Source: Parcubacteria group bacterium CG08_land_8_20_14_0_20_48_21
Lineage (GTDB): Bacteria > Patescibacteriota > Patescibacteriia > UBA1544
Reading direction: 5' to 3'
NCBI GenBank assembly: GCA_002774425.1
Contig: PEYJ01000022.1
Span: 1 to 43,456, forward strand
DNA length: 43,456 nucleotides
The number at the start of each line of letters is the position of its first letter. The stretch's first letter is position 1. The notes under the pieces are model-generated. The model ran no database searches. It saw only the letters and a list, made by a program, of their open reading frames with translations, and had not been told where the DNA came from. Position numbers and translations under genes: made by a program. Below are positions 43,303 through 43,456 of the stretch, piece after piece.

Positions 43303-43379
43303 CGGGGTGTGGCGCAGTTGGCTAGCGCGCACGCTTCGGGTGCGTGAGGTCGCGGGTTCAAGTCCCGCCACCCCGACCA
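43303..43379 (+). tRNA. tRNA-Pro (anticodon CGG), CCA encoded
   Basis: I folded the cloverleaf by hand. The acceptor stem is CGGGGTG/CACCCCG. The D arm is GCGC-AGTTGGCTA-GCGC. The anticodon arm is CACGC-TTCGGGT-GCGTG, giving anticodon CGG with G37. The variable loop is AGGTC. The T arm is GCGGG-TTCAAGT-CCCGC. The discriminator is A and it is followed by CCA. The total length is 77 nt. Confidence 0.9.
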
Positions 43380-43456
43380 AAAATTCTATCAAGAGGGGTG
43401 GAGAACGCAAACAGTTTTGCGTTCGGCGGGACTTGAAGGGCGAGGCGATGTTTTGA

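Noticed and set aside
43405-43456. A second tRNA might lie on the minus strand at the window end, suggested by TTCAAGTCCCGCC read on the minus strand.
   Set aside because: The five bases preceding the putative T-loop on the minus strand (CGCCC) are not complementary to the following CCCGC. No T-stem can form, and the rest would lie outside the window.
1-43456. I looked for mobile-element or defence-island signatures: transposase, integrase, restriction-modification, toxin-antitoxin, CRISPR-Cas, retron or phage genes.
   Set aside because: No ORF shows the corresponding catalytic motifs (DDE, Tyr/Ser recombinase, RT YxDD, Cas, methylase). Every large ORF is accounted for by glycan, housekeeping or pilus functions. 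The only hints of rearrangement are the epimerase remnant and the inverted tRNA fragment.

Overview
This is a densely coding chromosomal segment with about 47 protein genes, one tRNA and no non-coding gap longer than about 350 nt. The gene content looks like a small-genome monoderm bacterium, possibly Patescibacteria/CPR-like. That is an inference from gene content only and I could not verify it. All family calls come from reading motifs in the supplied translations. I ran no database searches.

The window has three blocks:

1. 1-26150 is a large surface-glycan island.
- It opens with a Wzx-like flippase that runs off the left edge, then sulfate activation genes sat and cysC, then a gutted epimerase pseudogene.
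- Next come a WbaP-type priming transferase, a Wzy_C/O-antigen-ligase-family protein with TPR repeats, and an S8 protease with FG-GAP repeats.
- A GtrA / UDP-xylose-synthase-like / GT2 / DUF2304 module follows, with three more GT2/GT4 transferases and a VanZ-like protein.
- Two large polytopic membrane proteins flank a small CDP-alcohol phosphatidyltransferase.
- The block ends with a HIT protein, rmlC-B-D-A and a further GT2.

2. 26231-33090 is housekeeping: a PEGA protein, murA, an S41 protease, rplI, pyrG, rpmA and an Nfu-like protein.

3. 33116-42481 is a minus-strand type IV pilus operon. Its order is pilB, pilC, pilM, four prepilin-like genes, pilN, a pilO-like gene and one unknown gene. 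HU and tRNA-Pro(CGG) follow it.

I recognised no CRISPR array, transposase, integrase, reverse transcriptase or known defence genes.

The most interesting points are:
- PAPS synthesis genes are embedded in a glycan island with no sulfotransferase or sulfate-reduction genes in view.
- The island has a Gtr/Arn-like polyprenyl-phosphate-sugar module with two candidate GT-C enzymes.
- It also has a Wzy_C+TPR protein that could be a protein O-oligosaccharyltransferase.
- The pilus operon has pilM split from pilN/O by four large, atypical pilins.
- RmlC carries an HTH-like N-terminal extension.
- Exact 17-nt and 12-nt promoter-region motifs recur in the window.
- An inverted copy of the tRNA-Pro T-arm lies just downstream of the tRNA.
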